In this document: positions 35,687-49,519 of the stretch, one piece after another | Layout of the letters: the number at the start of each line of letters is the position of its first letter | Position numbering within the stretch: the stretch's first letter is position 1 | Assembly (NCBI GenBank): GCA_038087875.1 | Contig: CM075977.1 | Coordinates: 111,910,001 to 111,974,000, forward strand | Source: Malacoraja senta | Lineage: Eukaryota | Length of the DNA: 64,000 nucleotides | Direction: 5' to 3' | Translations under genes and position numbers: made by a program | The notes under the pieces: generated by a model | What the model saw: the letters and a program-made list of their open reading frames with translations, nothing else | Told to the model about the DNA's origin: nothing | Databases searched by the model: none

Positions 35687-38586
35687 GTGGAAGACAGACA
35701 AAAACCAGGGCAAAAATCAAAAAGGGCCACTTTTCAACATAATTGTATAAGGGGTAAGAGTGTTGTAAAAACAAGCCTGAAGGCTTTGTGTCTCAATGCA
35801 AGGAGCATTCGTAATAAGGTGGATGAGTTGAATGTGCAGATAGCTATTAATGACTATGATATAGTTGGGATCACGGAGACATGGCTCCAGGGTGACCAAG
35901 GCTGGGAGCTGAACATCCAGGGATATTCAATATTCAGGAGGGATAGAGAGAAAGGAAAAGGAGGTGGGGTAGCGTTGCTGATTAGAGAGGACATTAACGC
36001 AATGGAAAGGAAGGACATTAGGTTCGAGGATGTGGAATCGGTATGGGTAGAGCTGCGAAACACTAAGGGGCAGAAAACGCTGGTGGGTGTTGTGTACAGG
36101 CCACCTAACAGTAGTAGTGAGGTTGGAGATGGTATCAAACAGGAAATTAGAAATGCGTGCGACAAAGGCAAAACAGTTATAATGGGTGACTTCAATCTAC
36201 ATATAGATTGGGTGAATCAAATTGGCAGGGGTGCTGAGGAAGAGGATTTCTTGGAATGTATGCGGGATAGTTATCTAAATCAACATGTAGAGGAACCAAC
36301 GAGAGAGCAGGCTATTTTAGACTGGGTATTGAGTAATGAGGAAGGGTTAGTTAGCAGTCTTGTTGTACGTGCCCCCTTGGGCAAGAGTGACCATAATATG
36401 GTTGAGTTCTTCATTAGGATGGAGAGTGACATTGTTAATTCAGAAACAATGGTTCTGAACTTAAAGAAAGGTAACTTTGAGGGTATGAGACGTGAATTGG
36501 CCAAGATTGACTGGCAATTAATTCTAAAAAATAAGGGTTGACGGTGGACATGCAATGGAAGACATTTAAAGACTGCATGGATGAACTACAAAAATTATTC
36601 ATCCCAGTTTGGCAAAAGAATAAATCAGGGAAGGTAGTGCATCCGTGGATAACAAGGGAAATCAGGGATGGTATCAAAGCGAAGGATGATGCGTACAAAT
36701 TAGCCAGAAAAAGCAGCATACAGGAGGACTGGGAGAAATTCAGAGACCAGCAGAGGATGACAAAGGGCTTAATTAGGAAAGGAAAAATAGATTATGAAAG
36801 AAAACTGGCAGGGAACATAAAAAATAATTGCAAACGTTTTTATAGATATGTAAAAAGAAAGAGATTAGTTAAAACAAATGTAGGTCCCTTGCAGTCAGAA
36901 ACAGGTGAATTGATCATGGGGAACAAGGATATGGCGGACCAATTGAATAACTACTTTGGTTCCGTCTTCACTAAGGAAGACATAAATAATCTGCCGGAAA
37001 TAGCAGGGGACCGCGGGTCAAAGGAGTTGGAGGAATTGAGTGAAATCCAGGTTAGTCGGGAAGTGGTTTTGGGTAAATTGAATGGATTAAAGGCCGATAA
37101 ATCCCCAGGGACAGATAGGCTGCATCCCAGAGTACTTAAGGAAGTAGCTCCAGAAATAGTGGATGCATTAGTAATAATCTTTCAAAACTCTTTAGATTCT
37201 GGAGTAGTTCCTGAGGATTGGCGGGTAGCAAACGTAACCCCACTTTTTAAGAAGGGAGGGAGAGAGAAAACGGGGAATTACAGACCAGTTAGTCTAACAT
37301 CGGTAGTGGGGAAACTGCTAGTCAGTTATTAAAGATGGGATAGCAGCACATTTGGAAAGTGGTGAAATCATTGGACAAAGTCAGCATGGATTTACGAAAG
37401 GTAAATTATGTCTGACGAATCTTATAGAATTTTTCGAGGATGTAACTAGTAGCGTGGATAGGGGAGAACCAGTGGATGTGGTGTATCTGGACTTCCAGAA
37501 GGCTTTCGACAAGGTCCCACATAAGAGATTAGTATACAAACTTAAAGCACATGGCATTGGGGGTTCAGTATTGATGTGGATAGAGAACTGGCTGGCAAAC
37601 AGGAAGCAAAGAGTAGGAGTAAACGGGTCCTTTTCACAATGGCAGGCAGTGACTAGTGGGGTACCGCAAGTTTCAGTGCTGGGACCCCAGCTATTTACAA
37701 TATATATTAATGACCTGGATGAGGGAATTGAAGGCAATATCTCCAAGTTTGCGGATGACACTAAGCTGGGGGCAGTGTTAGCTGTGAGGAGGATGCTAGG
37801 AGACTGCAATGTGACTTGGATAGGCTGGGTGAGTGGGAAAATGTTTGGCAGATGCAGTATAATGTGGATAAATGTGAGGTTATCCATTTTGGTGGCAAAA
37901 ACAGGAAAGCAGACTATTTTCTAAATGGTGGCCGACTAGGAAAAGGGGAGATGCAGCGAGACCTGGGTGTCATGGTACACCAGTCATTGAAAGTAGGCAT
38001 GCAGGTGCAGCAGGCAGTGAAGAAAGCGAATGGTATGTTAGCTTTCATAGCAAAAGGATTTGTGTATAGGAGCAGGGAGGTTCTACTGCACTTGTACAGG
38101 GTCTTGGTGAGATCACACCTGGAGTATTGCGTACAGTTTTGGTCTCCAAATCTGAGGAAGGACATTATTGCCATAGAGGGAGTGCAGAGAAGGTTCACCA
38201 GACTGATTCCTGGGATGTCAGGACTGTCTTATGAAGAAAGACTGGATAGACTTGGTTTATACTCTCTAGAATTTAGGAGATTGAGAGGGGATCTTATAGA
38301 AACTTACAAAATTCTTAAGGGGTTGGACAGGCTAGATGCAGGAAGATTGCTCCCGATGTTGGGGAAGTCCAGGACAAGGGGTCACAGCTTAAGGATAAGG
38401 GGGAAATCCTTTAAAACCGAGATGAGAAGAACTTTTTTCACACAGAGAGTGGTGAATCTCTGGAACTCTCTGCCACAGAGGGTAGTCGAGGCCAGTTCAT
38501 TGGCTATATTTAAGAGGGAGCTAGATGTGGCCCTTGTGGCTAAAGGGATCAGAGGGTATGGAGAGAAGGCAGGTACGGGATACTGA
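35687..38586 (+). pseudogene. CR1 ORF2 (APE endonuclease + reverse transcriptase), three frame breaks
   Basis: Segments 35687-36541, 36538-37332, 37352-37924 and 37816-38586 carry [31 protein letters not shown] and KFADD in order. Confidence 0.93.
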
Positions 38587-39679
38587 GTTGGATGATCAGC
38601 CATGATCATATTGAATGGCGGTGCAGGCTCGAAGGGCCGAATGGCCTACTCCTGCACCTAATTTCTATGTTTCTATGTTTCTATGTTACATGCTGCATAA
38701 TTTCGATTAAATTGTCAGGAGGATCAATACTGATCATGTAAATCCCGGCGACTGTGTATGATTGGGAATAGCTTTCACGTTTACAGTGGGAATCAATGTC
38801 TCTGAGATTCTGTATTGAATCGGTTTAGAGAATATCTGACACAGAGATATAAGGTAGTTCATATAGTGGGTATGATTGCGAATCACACACTACACAGATA
38901 GTGACCGAGTAAAATACCGAATGGATGCTCATTATCTTCCAGTTTAGCGAAGTCCAGAGGTGTCCACATTGTATCCCTTTGCACACTGAAGCCGAGCATA
39001 TGGTGAATTCTTCTGCGTGAAGATCACTGGTTGATATAATGTAGGCGTATGTGAAAATGTTAAACATATGTGGGATGATCAGTGGGGGTCTGGATTCCAA
39101 GTTCCTTAGCCAGACCACACAGACGTTTAACAAATCGACCAATGCTGTGATCCATGTGTTCCCCTGCGTATTGTATATATCGTTTTGTTTTAGCAGATTA
39201 ATTTACAGCAATGCAACAAAATCAATGATTCAATGATTCAATTATTCAATGATACTTTATTGCCACGTGCACCTCGGCACAGTGAAATTCTTTATTTTTG
39301 CATAAAATCTAGTAAAATCGCACAACAGACCTCATCTAGGCAGTACACAATCAATCGCCATATTCCGTGAAAATTACAAAATGTCTATCGAACAAACATC
39401 GCTGACAGTTCAGTCAAACGTCAATTTCTTTGCACCTATAGAATCCGTCCGTGATTTATCCATTTAACCATTTAACGTTAGCTGTGATTAACCATTTAAT
39501 CGCAGCTAAGCATTATCGGTATATCCGCTGGGTCACTTCGCGGGCAATGACACCACTGGTAAATACATGGTTAACTCCATATACATTGTTCGTACAAATT
39601 CTACAAGGGCAGAGGAATGTACTGCCAATATACTGAGCAAAGTCACCACAACTGGTTTTTCAACAAATATTATAGGGGA

Positions 39680-40950
39680 GGGTAATCCTTGACGAGACCC
39701 AATGACAAAGTTCACTTGACATTTTCGCATGAAATACACAGGGACAAATCTTCTGGATTGTTTTTGAGGATGTAACAAGTGGAATGGATAAGGGAGAGCC
39801 AGTGGCTTGAAAAGCGCTATATAAATAAAATGTATTATTATTATTATTATTATATCTGGATTTCCCGAAAGGTCCCACGCAAGAGATTAGTGTGCAGAAT
39901 ATGGCACATGGTATTGGGGGTATTACGCGGACAGGACGCAAAGAGTAGGAATTGACGAGTCCTTTTCAGAATGGCAGGGAGGGACTAGTGGGTTGCCGCT
40001 AGGCACAGTGCTGCGACCCTAGTTATTTATAATATATATTAACGAATTAGACGATGGGAATTAAATGTAACATCTCCAAGTTTACGGATGACAAACATAA
40101 GAGGCAGAGTAAACTGAAAGGAGGATGCTATGAGACTGCAGAGTGACTTGGATAGGTTGGGTGACTGGGTAGATGCATGGGAGCTACAGTATAATGTGGG
40201 TAAATGTGAGGTTGTCCTCGTTGGTGGCAAGAGCAGGGAAGCAGATTATTAACCGAATGGTGGCAGTTTAGGAAATGGGGAGGGTCAACGAGACCTGGGC
40301 GTCCTTGTACATCAGTCACTGAAAGTAAGCATGCGGGTACAGCAGGCAGTGAAGAAATCCAATCATTGCGAGAGGATTTGAGATTAGGAGCAAGGAGATC
40401 CTACGACAGTTGTACAGGGCGGTGGTGAGACCGCACCTGGAGTATTGTGTGCAATTTTGGTCTCCTAATTTGAGGAAGGGCATTCTTGCTATTGAGGGGC
40501 TGCAACGTAAGTTCCCCCACGTTAATTCCCCGGGTGGCGCGACTGACATATGATGAAAGAATGGGTCGACTGGGCTTGTATTCACTGGAATTTAGAACGA
40601 TGAGAGGGAATCATGTAGAAACATGTAAAATTCTTAAGGGATTGTACAGGCTAGATGCAGGAAAAATGTTTCCGTTGTTTGGGGAGTCCAGAACTAGTGG
40701 TCACAGTTTAGGAATAGAGTGTTCATGAGAGAGTTGTGAATCTGTTAAATTCTCGGACACAGAAGGCAGTGGAGGCCAATTCATTGGATGTTTTCAAGAG
40801 AGAGTTAGATTTAGCCCCTATGGCTAACGGAATCAAGGGATATGGGGAAAAAGCAGGGACGGTGTAATAATTTTGGATTATCAGCCATGATCATGTTGAA
40901 TGGCGGTGTTGACTCGAAAGACCGAATGGCCTATTCCTGCACCTATTTTC
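39680..40950 (+). mobile_element. Degenerate CR1 RT/3' fragment
   Basis: KFTDD, RPHLEYCVQFWSP and a CR1 3' UTR. Confidence 0.8.
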
Positions 40951-42389
40951 TAGGTTTCAATGTTTCTCTGCCTCATCACCCACAACCAGGCCAGGATCAT
41001 CATGTGTCAGCTTCAGGCTACTTTACTTCCATCCGATAACTGAATACACATATTACATGTTGATGCAAGTCTCTCGCCTCACACTATCCTCAGCCTTTCA
41101 GGCAAAACATTGTTTCCTTCAAATTGACATTCCGATATTGCCAGTTTTGGGACAAGTGGCGAAAAGTTTAATAAAAGAGTGAGTTGGTATCGAGAGAGCG
41201 CTGGGTCAAGGAACTCCCCCCTCCCCATTCCAGCCTTCGCCATGTTCCCAAAAACTACGAGTTCTGGATTTATTTACCTCAAGTGAACGTGGATAAAATC
41301 TCAATTATATTATCAAATGACGAGCAGAAAACCATCTGAAACATTCACCATTGCTTTTGAATCGGTTGAAGATTTGCATCGCGCACGGCCTAATTCTGTA
41401 CTGCGTTGGTAGGGACAATTAGATGCTGTTTCTGTCTGTCAGCGTTCTAAACTGGGACTTCTATTTCTGACATTATTTACATCAATGCTTCGGTCGCGTC
41501 CAGCTGCGCTCACATCTAAACTAAACAAAAAAACAATGTTCCTCGATGTTTTTTTCGCAACTGAGCAGAGGGATTCTTTTCGGATTACTGCCAGCAATAG
41601 TAAAGTGACCTGAGATTACCCGGACAGGATAATCAGATGTTATTTTGTACAAAGGGGGCAATCAATGAATTACCTGCAATACGATGGCAGAGCACATTAA
41701 CGGGGCGCTTCTGTGAGAGCAATGCAACACCACTGCGCAGGCTGCTCTTCAACAATGTCCATTTGCAAGACGATTGAAACTATTTCAACTCAGCACCTTT
41801 CATCTTGACCAAAGGACACTCGGACTGACCCAAAAATGCCGCATTATTTAACGACCATAGATTTAACTGCAAAACGTTTACATTTGAAAATTGAAAATTG
41901 AAACCTTTGAGATTGGGCCGCAATATGTACTTTCGAGAGTCTCAAGGTCCTAAATATCTCCACAGCCACTCCGAGCTTTAAAACTACTTCCCTGATCAGA
42001 ATCCAGCGAACTATCAGCCAATATAAATACAACAGATTCCGATAAGCTCTTCGCAATTTTAGCAAGGACGATTATGGAATAAACATTCGCCTGGACTGCA
42101 AATGACTGTCTGTTTAGTGGGTCAATGTTTCAAGAAGATATGCGGGACCAAGTTTTGCGCACATAGTTGAGACTGGTAGCTTTCTTGGGTGATAGTGGAG
42201 GTAGATATGACAGTGGCATCTGGATATGTAAGTAATGGAGAGATATAGCACACGTACAACCAGAAACGACGAGCTTTACGTGCCACCATGTTCGACAAGG
42301 ATGTCAAGGGCCGACGCGCGTGTTTCCATGATGTACTGTTCTACGTTGCCACAAGTGAACATGTCAAAATGTCGATAGCAGCGAAGCAA

Positions 42390-42940
42390 TGTGTTTCTCA
42401 ACAGCTACTCCAATCCACCTAGGCCTACGTGATCTCCCAGTTGCTAAACATTTTAACTCCCCCTCCCATTCCCACACAGAGCTCTGTCCTGGGCCCCCTC
42501 TACTGTCAGAGGGAGGCCCAACGAACATTGGAGGAACAGCACCTCATATTTCGCTGGGGCAGCTTACAACCCAACGGTTGTAAATATTGATTTCGCGAAC
42601 TTCAAGTAACCCTTGCTTTTCCTCTCTCTCTGTCCCTCCCCATCCGAATTCTCCGACGTTTTACTGTCCTGATTAATTTCACTGATTGTATGCTTTCTTG
42701 TCAGCTTTCCGTCAGCCAACAATTAACCATTCTACATTCCCTTAGAATCGTTTGCTTTGATATGCCGTTTTGCCAACTTTCCCTTACATATCTCTAAACT
42801 GTCTCTTCCCCTGACTATCAGACTGAAGAAGGGTCTCGACCAGAAACATCTCCCATTCGTTCCCTCCTGAAATGCTGCCTGGCCCACTGCGTCACTCCAT
42901 CATTTTGTGGCGGTGTAAACCAGAACCTGCAGTTCCTTCA
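42390..42940 (+). mobile_element. Penelope-like GIY-YIG end and terminal repeat
   Basis: PVAKHFNSPSHSH..RTLEEQHLIFRWGSLQP motif, and CTGAAGAAGGGTCTCGACCAGAAAC at 42823. Confidence 0.75.
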
Positions 42941-43049
42941 TACACGAATCTATGTCTCAGTTAATTTAAAATTGCTTCACGTGACTGCACCTGATGCACA
43001 TATTCCTCAGTGATGTCGCCAAATTGCCTCTGCCGCGAAAGCTGGATTC

Positions 43050-43410
43050 ACTTAGAGCCGCTGACAAAGCGGTGGAGACCTTGGTTCAATCCTGGCCTTG
43101 GGTGCTGTCTGCGTGGAGTTTGCAAGTTTTCCCTGTTACCGAGTGGTCTGCTGCGGGTTCCTCTCACATCCCAAAGACGTGCGGGATTGTCACTTAATTG
43201 GTCTCTATAAAGTGGCCGAAATATGTGATGAGTAGATAAGAACGGGGGATAACATAGATCTAGCGTGAATCGGTGTTCGATGGTCGGCCTTGATTAGGCT
43301 GGACGGACCTCTTTCTATGCTATAATCACACAACTAAACTAAACTAAACTAAACTAAACTGAACTAAACCAAACTAAACTAAACTAAACTTAACCAAACC
43401 AAACTAAACC
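43050..43410 (+). mobile_element. HE1-like SINE with a (TAAAC)n tail
   Basis: B-box GGTTCAATCC at ~43083, the SINE core, and pentamer repeats at ~43331-43408. Confidence 0.7.
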
Positions 43411-43849
43411 AAACTCAACTAAACTAAAATTAATGTCGCCAATGCTATATCCGCAATTGACCAGCCCCTATTTAGAATACTTCGAGTTTTGTCTCATTTT
43501 TTACGATACTAGGATGTGCACTGTTCCGATCACACCAGGCCTTAAGTGAGTTACCCATTTTGTTTACAAAGGTAGTGTTGCTTCTGAATATAATGCAATG
43601 TAGCCATTTCCTCTTTCCAAGAACAAAGCTCGGCGTCTGTGTAAGCATTGTCATCGTGTCACATTCCATTATGTCAGAGCATCAGTCCACTCAATGTATT
43701 ATATTGCTCTGGATCCCGTCCCGGTACGTTAACCAGTCTCCAGTTACTGCGTATGGCTGCTGAAAATTTTGAATCTTTCATCCATTGTGTCAGCATTGGC
43801 GCTCTATATTTGGCGTTATGTCTGATATTGTCATAAGGGCAAAAATGAT

Positions 43850-46800
43850 GGGAGCAAAAGTTGTCCATTCGGCGCATCAAGTCTACTCCACCATTCACTA
43901 ATGGCTGATCTATCTCTCCCTCCTAACCTAATTCGCTTGTCACTACCCTTAACCCCAAACATCAGTAATAATCAAAAACTATTTTCTTCTCTGCCTTAAA
44001 ATATTAATTTGCAGTACATGGCCTTCACAGCCTCTGTGGCAAAGAATTCCACAGGTTGACCACCCTCACCAGTTTGCACGAGTAGGAGAGTCTATGACTA
44101 GAGGTTACAGGCCTGAGAATTAAAGGGCGTTCATTTAGGAAGGAGATGATAAGAAATTTCGTTAATCCGATGATCGCGAATCTGTGGAATTTTTTGCCAC
44201 AGAAGGCTGAGGAGGCCAATGAATTGGATATGTTTAAGGCAGAGATAGATAGATACTTGATTTGTACAGGTATCAGGGGTGATGGGGAGAAGGCAGGGGA
44301 ATGCGGTTAGGAAGGAGATATATATCACCAATGATTGAATGGCGGAGTAGACTTCATGGGCCGAATGGTCTAATTCTACTCATGTGCCTTATGACATTTA
44401 CCTTATGATCTCTGACTGAAGAAATGTCTCCTCATCTACTTCATCAAAGAATGTCCTTTACACTCTGAGGCTATGGCCTCCAGTCCTAGACTCTATAACT
44501 GGTGGAAACACCCTCTTCACATCCACTCTATCCAAGTCTTTCACTATTCTGTATGTTTAAATGTGTCCCCCCTCATTATTCTAAACCCCAGCGAAAATAG
44601 TCCCAGTGCCGACAAACACCCATCATAGTTTAAACTACACATTCCATGGATCATTCTTGAAAACCTCCTCTGGACCCTCTGGAGATCCTTCCTCAGAGCT
44701 GGTGCCCAAAATTGTTCCGAATATTCTAAATTCGGCCTTTTCAGTGCCTTACTGCTTTGCATCCCTGTTTTGTATACATCTTGAAATAACCGCTAGCATC
44801 GGGTTTGCTTTCTTTACTACTGATTGGACTTGCAGATTAACTTTTGGGGAATCCTGCACTAGCACTCCCAAGTCCATTCGCACCTCCCATTTCTTAGATT
44901 ATCTCCCGATTTAGAATGTAGGCTACGCCTGTGCACTATATTCCGTCTATCACTTCTCCGCTCACTCTCACAACCTATCTAATTCCTTCTGCAGAGTCCC
45001 TGCGTTCTCTACAATACCTGCCCCTTCACATATTTCCGTTTCATCCGCGAACTTCGCCACAAAGCCAAAATTCCCCTTGTCTAAATCATAAATATACAAC
45101 ACGAATAATAGCGGCCCCAGCACCGACCCTGCGGAACTTCGCTAGTCACTGGCAAGCACATTTATGAAGCCACATTTATTGCCACCCTTTGTCTTCTGCC
45201 ATTCCGCCAACATCCTAATACCAAAATGCACAACTCCACAAGTTGCTACACTCTATTCAATCTGCCCACTCTCCCATCCTGTCCAAGTCCTTCTGCAATG
45301 TCCCTGATTTCTCGACACTACCTCCGCCTCCATCTATTTTCGTATAATTTCTAATCGTAGCCACAAAACCTTCAATCCCCTCATTCAAATCATTGATATA
45401 CGTGAAGATTAACGTGAAGATTAACTCCCACAGAACCAACCACTGCGGAACTTCGCTACCACTGCGGAACTTCGCTAGTCACTGGCAACCTACCAGAAAA
45501 AGCCACCTTTATTGGCATTCTTTGTCTTCTGCCATCCCACCGACCTCTTAGACATGCGAGTATCTGCCCATTGATATCATGGCCTCTCATTAGCAGCCTC
45601 TCGTGTGGCACCTTATCAAAGGCTCTCTGAAAATCTAAGACAATAATATCTATTGACTCTCCTTTGTCTGTCCTGTTATATGATTCTTCAAAGACTTTCA
45701 GCAAATCTGTCAAGCAAGATCTCCCCTTCACAAAGCCATGCTGACCGGTCTATTTTATCGTGAATTTCAAACTACTCTGTAACCTCATCATTTTTAATTG
45801 ACTCTAAAATCGTACAAAACACCAAAGTGGGAGAAACCGGCCTATAGTTCCCAATATTCTGCTTTGCTTTCCATCATGTGCATCGGCGTAATATTGGCAA
45901 TGTTCCATTCATCTGGGACTACTCCTGATTCCAGTGTTTCTTGAAATATAACGACCAGCGCCTACACAAGCTCTAAAGCTAACACTTTGAGAACCCGATG
46001 ATGCAGTCCATCCGTTCCAGGTGACATCCACCTTCAGACCTTTCAGCTTCCCAAGCACTTTCTCCATAGTAACCAGCATTGGTGCGCTTTGTATAAATTA
46101 CGGGGGTCACATACTTAGTAAACGACGCCGGCCACGGACGCTGTACATTTGGCTTTATGTCTGATATTAAGTTCATAAATTCTTAAGTGAAGGGAGCAGA
46201 ATTAGTCCATTCGGCACATCAAGTATACTCCGCCAGTTAGTCATGGCTGATCTATCTCTACCTCCTAACCCCAATCGCCTGTCTTCTCCCCATACCTCCT
46301 GACATCCGTACTAATCGAGAATATATCAATCTCTTCCTAAATATATCCATTCACTTGGCCTCCGCTGCCTTCTGTGGCAGGGCATTCCACAGACGGTCCA
46401 CCCTCTCACTTACGAAATTCATTCCCGTCTCCTTCCTCAAGGAACGTCCTATAATTCTGAAGCTAAGCCAAACTGCTATCCATGCTAGTATCTCCCCTTT
46501 GATACCACAAGCACTCTTCTTCCTTCGCAGTCCAGCGTGTGACACATTATCAACGTCCTTCTGAAAATCTAGGTAAACAACATTCATTGACTTTCCTTTT
46601 CAAAGAATTCCATCAGATACTTCAGGCAAGATCTCCCCCTCACAAGCCCATGCTGACTTCGGCCTATTTTAGCACGAACTCCGTAACCTCACCCTTTATT
46701 AATGACTCTTATAAAATCTTCTCATCCTTTATAAAATCTTACCAACCAGTGACGTCAGACTAACCGGCTTAAATTGTCCACTATTCTGCTTTGCTCCCTT

Positions 46801-47420
46801 CTTGTACAGCAGAGTACTATGGCAATTTTCCAATCGTCCGGAGCCGCTCCTGACTCTAGTGACTCTTGAAATATCACTATTCATGCCTACAAAATCATTA
46901 AAGCCACCTCTTTCAGAACCCTGGGTGCACTCCATCGGGCCCAGTTAACCTATTCACCTTCAGATCTTTCAGTTTCCCAAGCATATTCTTACTTCACTTC
47001 ACTTCACTAAACTTCCACCTCCTGACTCTCTTGAATTGCCGGAACTTTTCTGTGGTCTCCCAGTGTGAAGACTGATGCAAACAAATTTAGTACTGCTTCT
47101 GCCATTTCTTTATCCCCATTATGACATCTCCTCCACTATTCCAGCGGTCCAATGCCCACTCTTGATTGATTCCTACTCTTTATATATCTGAAGAAATTCT
47201 TGCTATCCTATTTTACATTATTGGCAATCTTAACTTCGTATTTCACCTTTTCTCCCCATGGTGCCTTTTTATTACGTTCTGTTGTTCTTTAAAAGCTTTA
47301 CAATCCTCTGGTTTCCCACTAATCTTCTCAATGTTATCCACCTTCTCTTTTGTTTTATTATGCCCTTGACTTCCATTGTCAGCCACGGTCGCCTCATTCT
47401 AATATTTGCATTATTAATTA
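43850..47420 (-). mobile_element. Series of old CR1 fragments
   Basis: MKGRSC..LDFQRAFDKVPHE, YINDLNEG, VYLDFQK and FKPVSLTS motifs in many short ORFs. Confidence 0.75.
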
Positions 47421-48479
47421 TCGTGACAGTATTTGTGCTACATTGCAGTGTTTTTCTTTTCAGGTATGCCAGACGTGTTCTAATTTTACATCGCAGCTCC
47501 CTTACATGGTGTTGTATATCCCTTTCAACAACTATCTAATATGTGCCAGTCCGTTGATATGAATGAGAAATAATGTAGGCACACCATTAAAATTGTCTAT
47601 AGATCACCGATAGATGCTTTGTGTACAGTGGAACGGTTGCTGAGGCATCAGCCTGATTTATTTGCTCTGATACCTGGAATTGGATCCCATAATATCCTGC
47701 CGTTGAATGACTGACGCCCTTCATTTCCATCTACCATTTGCTTGTCCGAGAAAGTACACTGATGATCCCCGGTAGTAATGATGCAACTCTGTTATTGGAC
47801 ATCAGCCATTGCAACTCCAGAATCAGGCCCCAATCTTCATCCACGAGGGTATGGTCCCAATTCACGTTTTCGTCATTTTCCACAATTGGTTCCGCAGTTG
47901 TAGTGAACACGTGACCCTGCATGACATCCATAGTTCAGAAGAGGATTGCTATGGTATTACTGAAACAAACATTTTCTTTGTTACATGTTCGGTCGTCCAA
48001 GCCTCCCCTTTTCATTACTATGGTCCCTGACTTAACTCTTAATACATCTGATTATGCTTCTGCCTTAACGGAAATGGGGTTGGCCTGGGTTATTGTTTGG
48101 AAAATACGCTACGAAACTGAAACCACTATTTCTCTCTTCGAAAGCTAACTCCATCCCCTGCCGTCGTGAGCATTCAATTGTCCAATTTTCCAGCAATGCA
48201 TTTCCTTCCGTCCGATTCCACTAGAAATTCTAACATTGGACAAAATACGGACTTTTTTACTTGAACATATAATGTCGATCAACAGGGCATTGACCAGTTT
48301 TATGTTTGCATTGGTATAAGGCCGTGTCCAACTTTATGTCACACTGTGCTTTCTATGGATACCTTGCACTGGGTCCTGTCTGTCTTATTGTTGTCCACGT
48401 ATATATGTCTATATATTGATATGTACATATGTATCTATATATCCAGATCTATATTCATATCTACATCTATTATATCTAC

Positions 48480-48776
48480 NNNNNNNNNNNNNNNNNNNNN
48501 NNNNNNNNNNNNNNNNNNNNNNNNNNNNNNNNNNNNNNNNNNNNNNNNNNNNNNNNNNNNNNNNNNNNNNNNNNNNNNNNNNNNNNNNNNNNNNNNNNNN
48601 NNNNNNNNNNNNNNNNNNNNNNNNNNNNNNNNNNNNNNNNNNNNNNNNNNNNNNNNNNNNNNNNNNNNNNNNNNNNNNNNNNNNNNNNNNNNNNNNNNNN
48701 NNNNNNNNNNNNNNNNNNNNNNNNNNNNNNNNNNNNNNNNNNNNNNNNNNNNNNNNNNNNNNNNNNNNNNNNNNNN
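48480..48776. other. N run (gap or masked AT-rich microsatellite)
   Basis: 297 Ns flanked by (TATATC)-like sequence. Confidence 0.9.
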
Positions 48777-49519
48777 TAGTTTTAAATAAAGATATCGATA
48801 ACGATATATAAATCAAGATGCTGGTCAAGTGTCAGCACATATTACACCAGACGTGTTTCTATTCATCTAATCCCGTCTCTCTCCTCAAATATTTCGACTT
48901 TCCCATTGTGAAACCTACATTGTGAAGCCCTTTCCTTTCTGCAGTGTTTAGTATTCATTGCAGTGCATGAATGTGATGTGGCGTGGTGGTGGTCGCACGA
49001 GATACAATAGAAATTGATGTTTCTTTGTTGTCAACAATTCCGATAAAAATCTTGTGACTTCATTGCACTCTTCACCCTTTGTATATGTGGACCATGCACC
49101 CTATTGCACCCGAGCGATTTTAGATTTATACGAGCATTAGGACACTGCGTACTCTTTACATCTCGTGCAACCAGTGGCGTTTCCATTCAGTGTCGCCCAG
49201 AGGGAGTCTGTATCTGCTGCCATCTCGTGGTGCATATTTCATTGCAGATTTTTGGATTTTAAATTGAATTCGAATAATACCTGCGACCAGAGGATGGTGC
49301 TATGAGCACTCGGTTGCCACTGATACATATATTTTTTCGTTCGCATAGTTTAGATTCCTTTATTTGATAATGTCCCACACAGGAGATTAGTGGGCAAAAT
49401 TAGTGGGCAGAACTCTGTTCTGTATTATTTATGTCTGCAATATTCTGTTGTGCTGAAAGCAAAGCAAGAATTTCATTGTCCTATCTGGAACACAATGACA
49501 ATAAACTCTCTTGAATCTT

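Larger units (their letters stand above)
34510..38685 (+). mobile_element. Near full-length CR1-clade (HER1-like) LINE
   Basis: 5' UTR, ORF1, ORF2 in four segments, the conserved 3' UTR and a (TTTCTATG)3 tail. Confidence 0.95.

Noticed and set aside
35698-35706. Perfect RSS nonamer ACAAAAACC
   Set aside because: Inside a CR1, with no heptamer at a 12- or 23-bp spacing.
47731-47931. Short minus-strand ORF in a unique island with vaguely Ig-like fragments
   Set aside because: All frames are interrupted by stops, and no coherent Cys-Trp-Cys pattern emerges.
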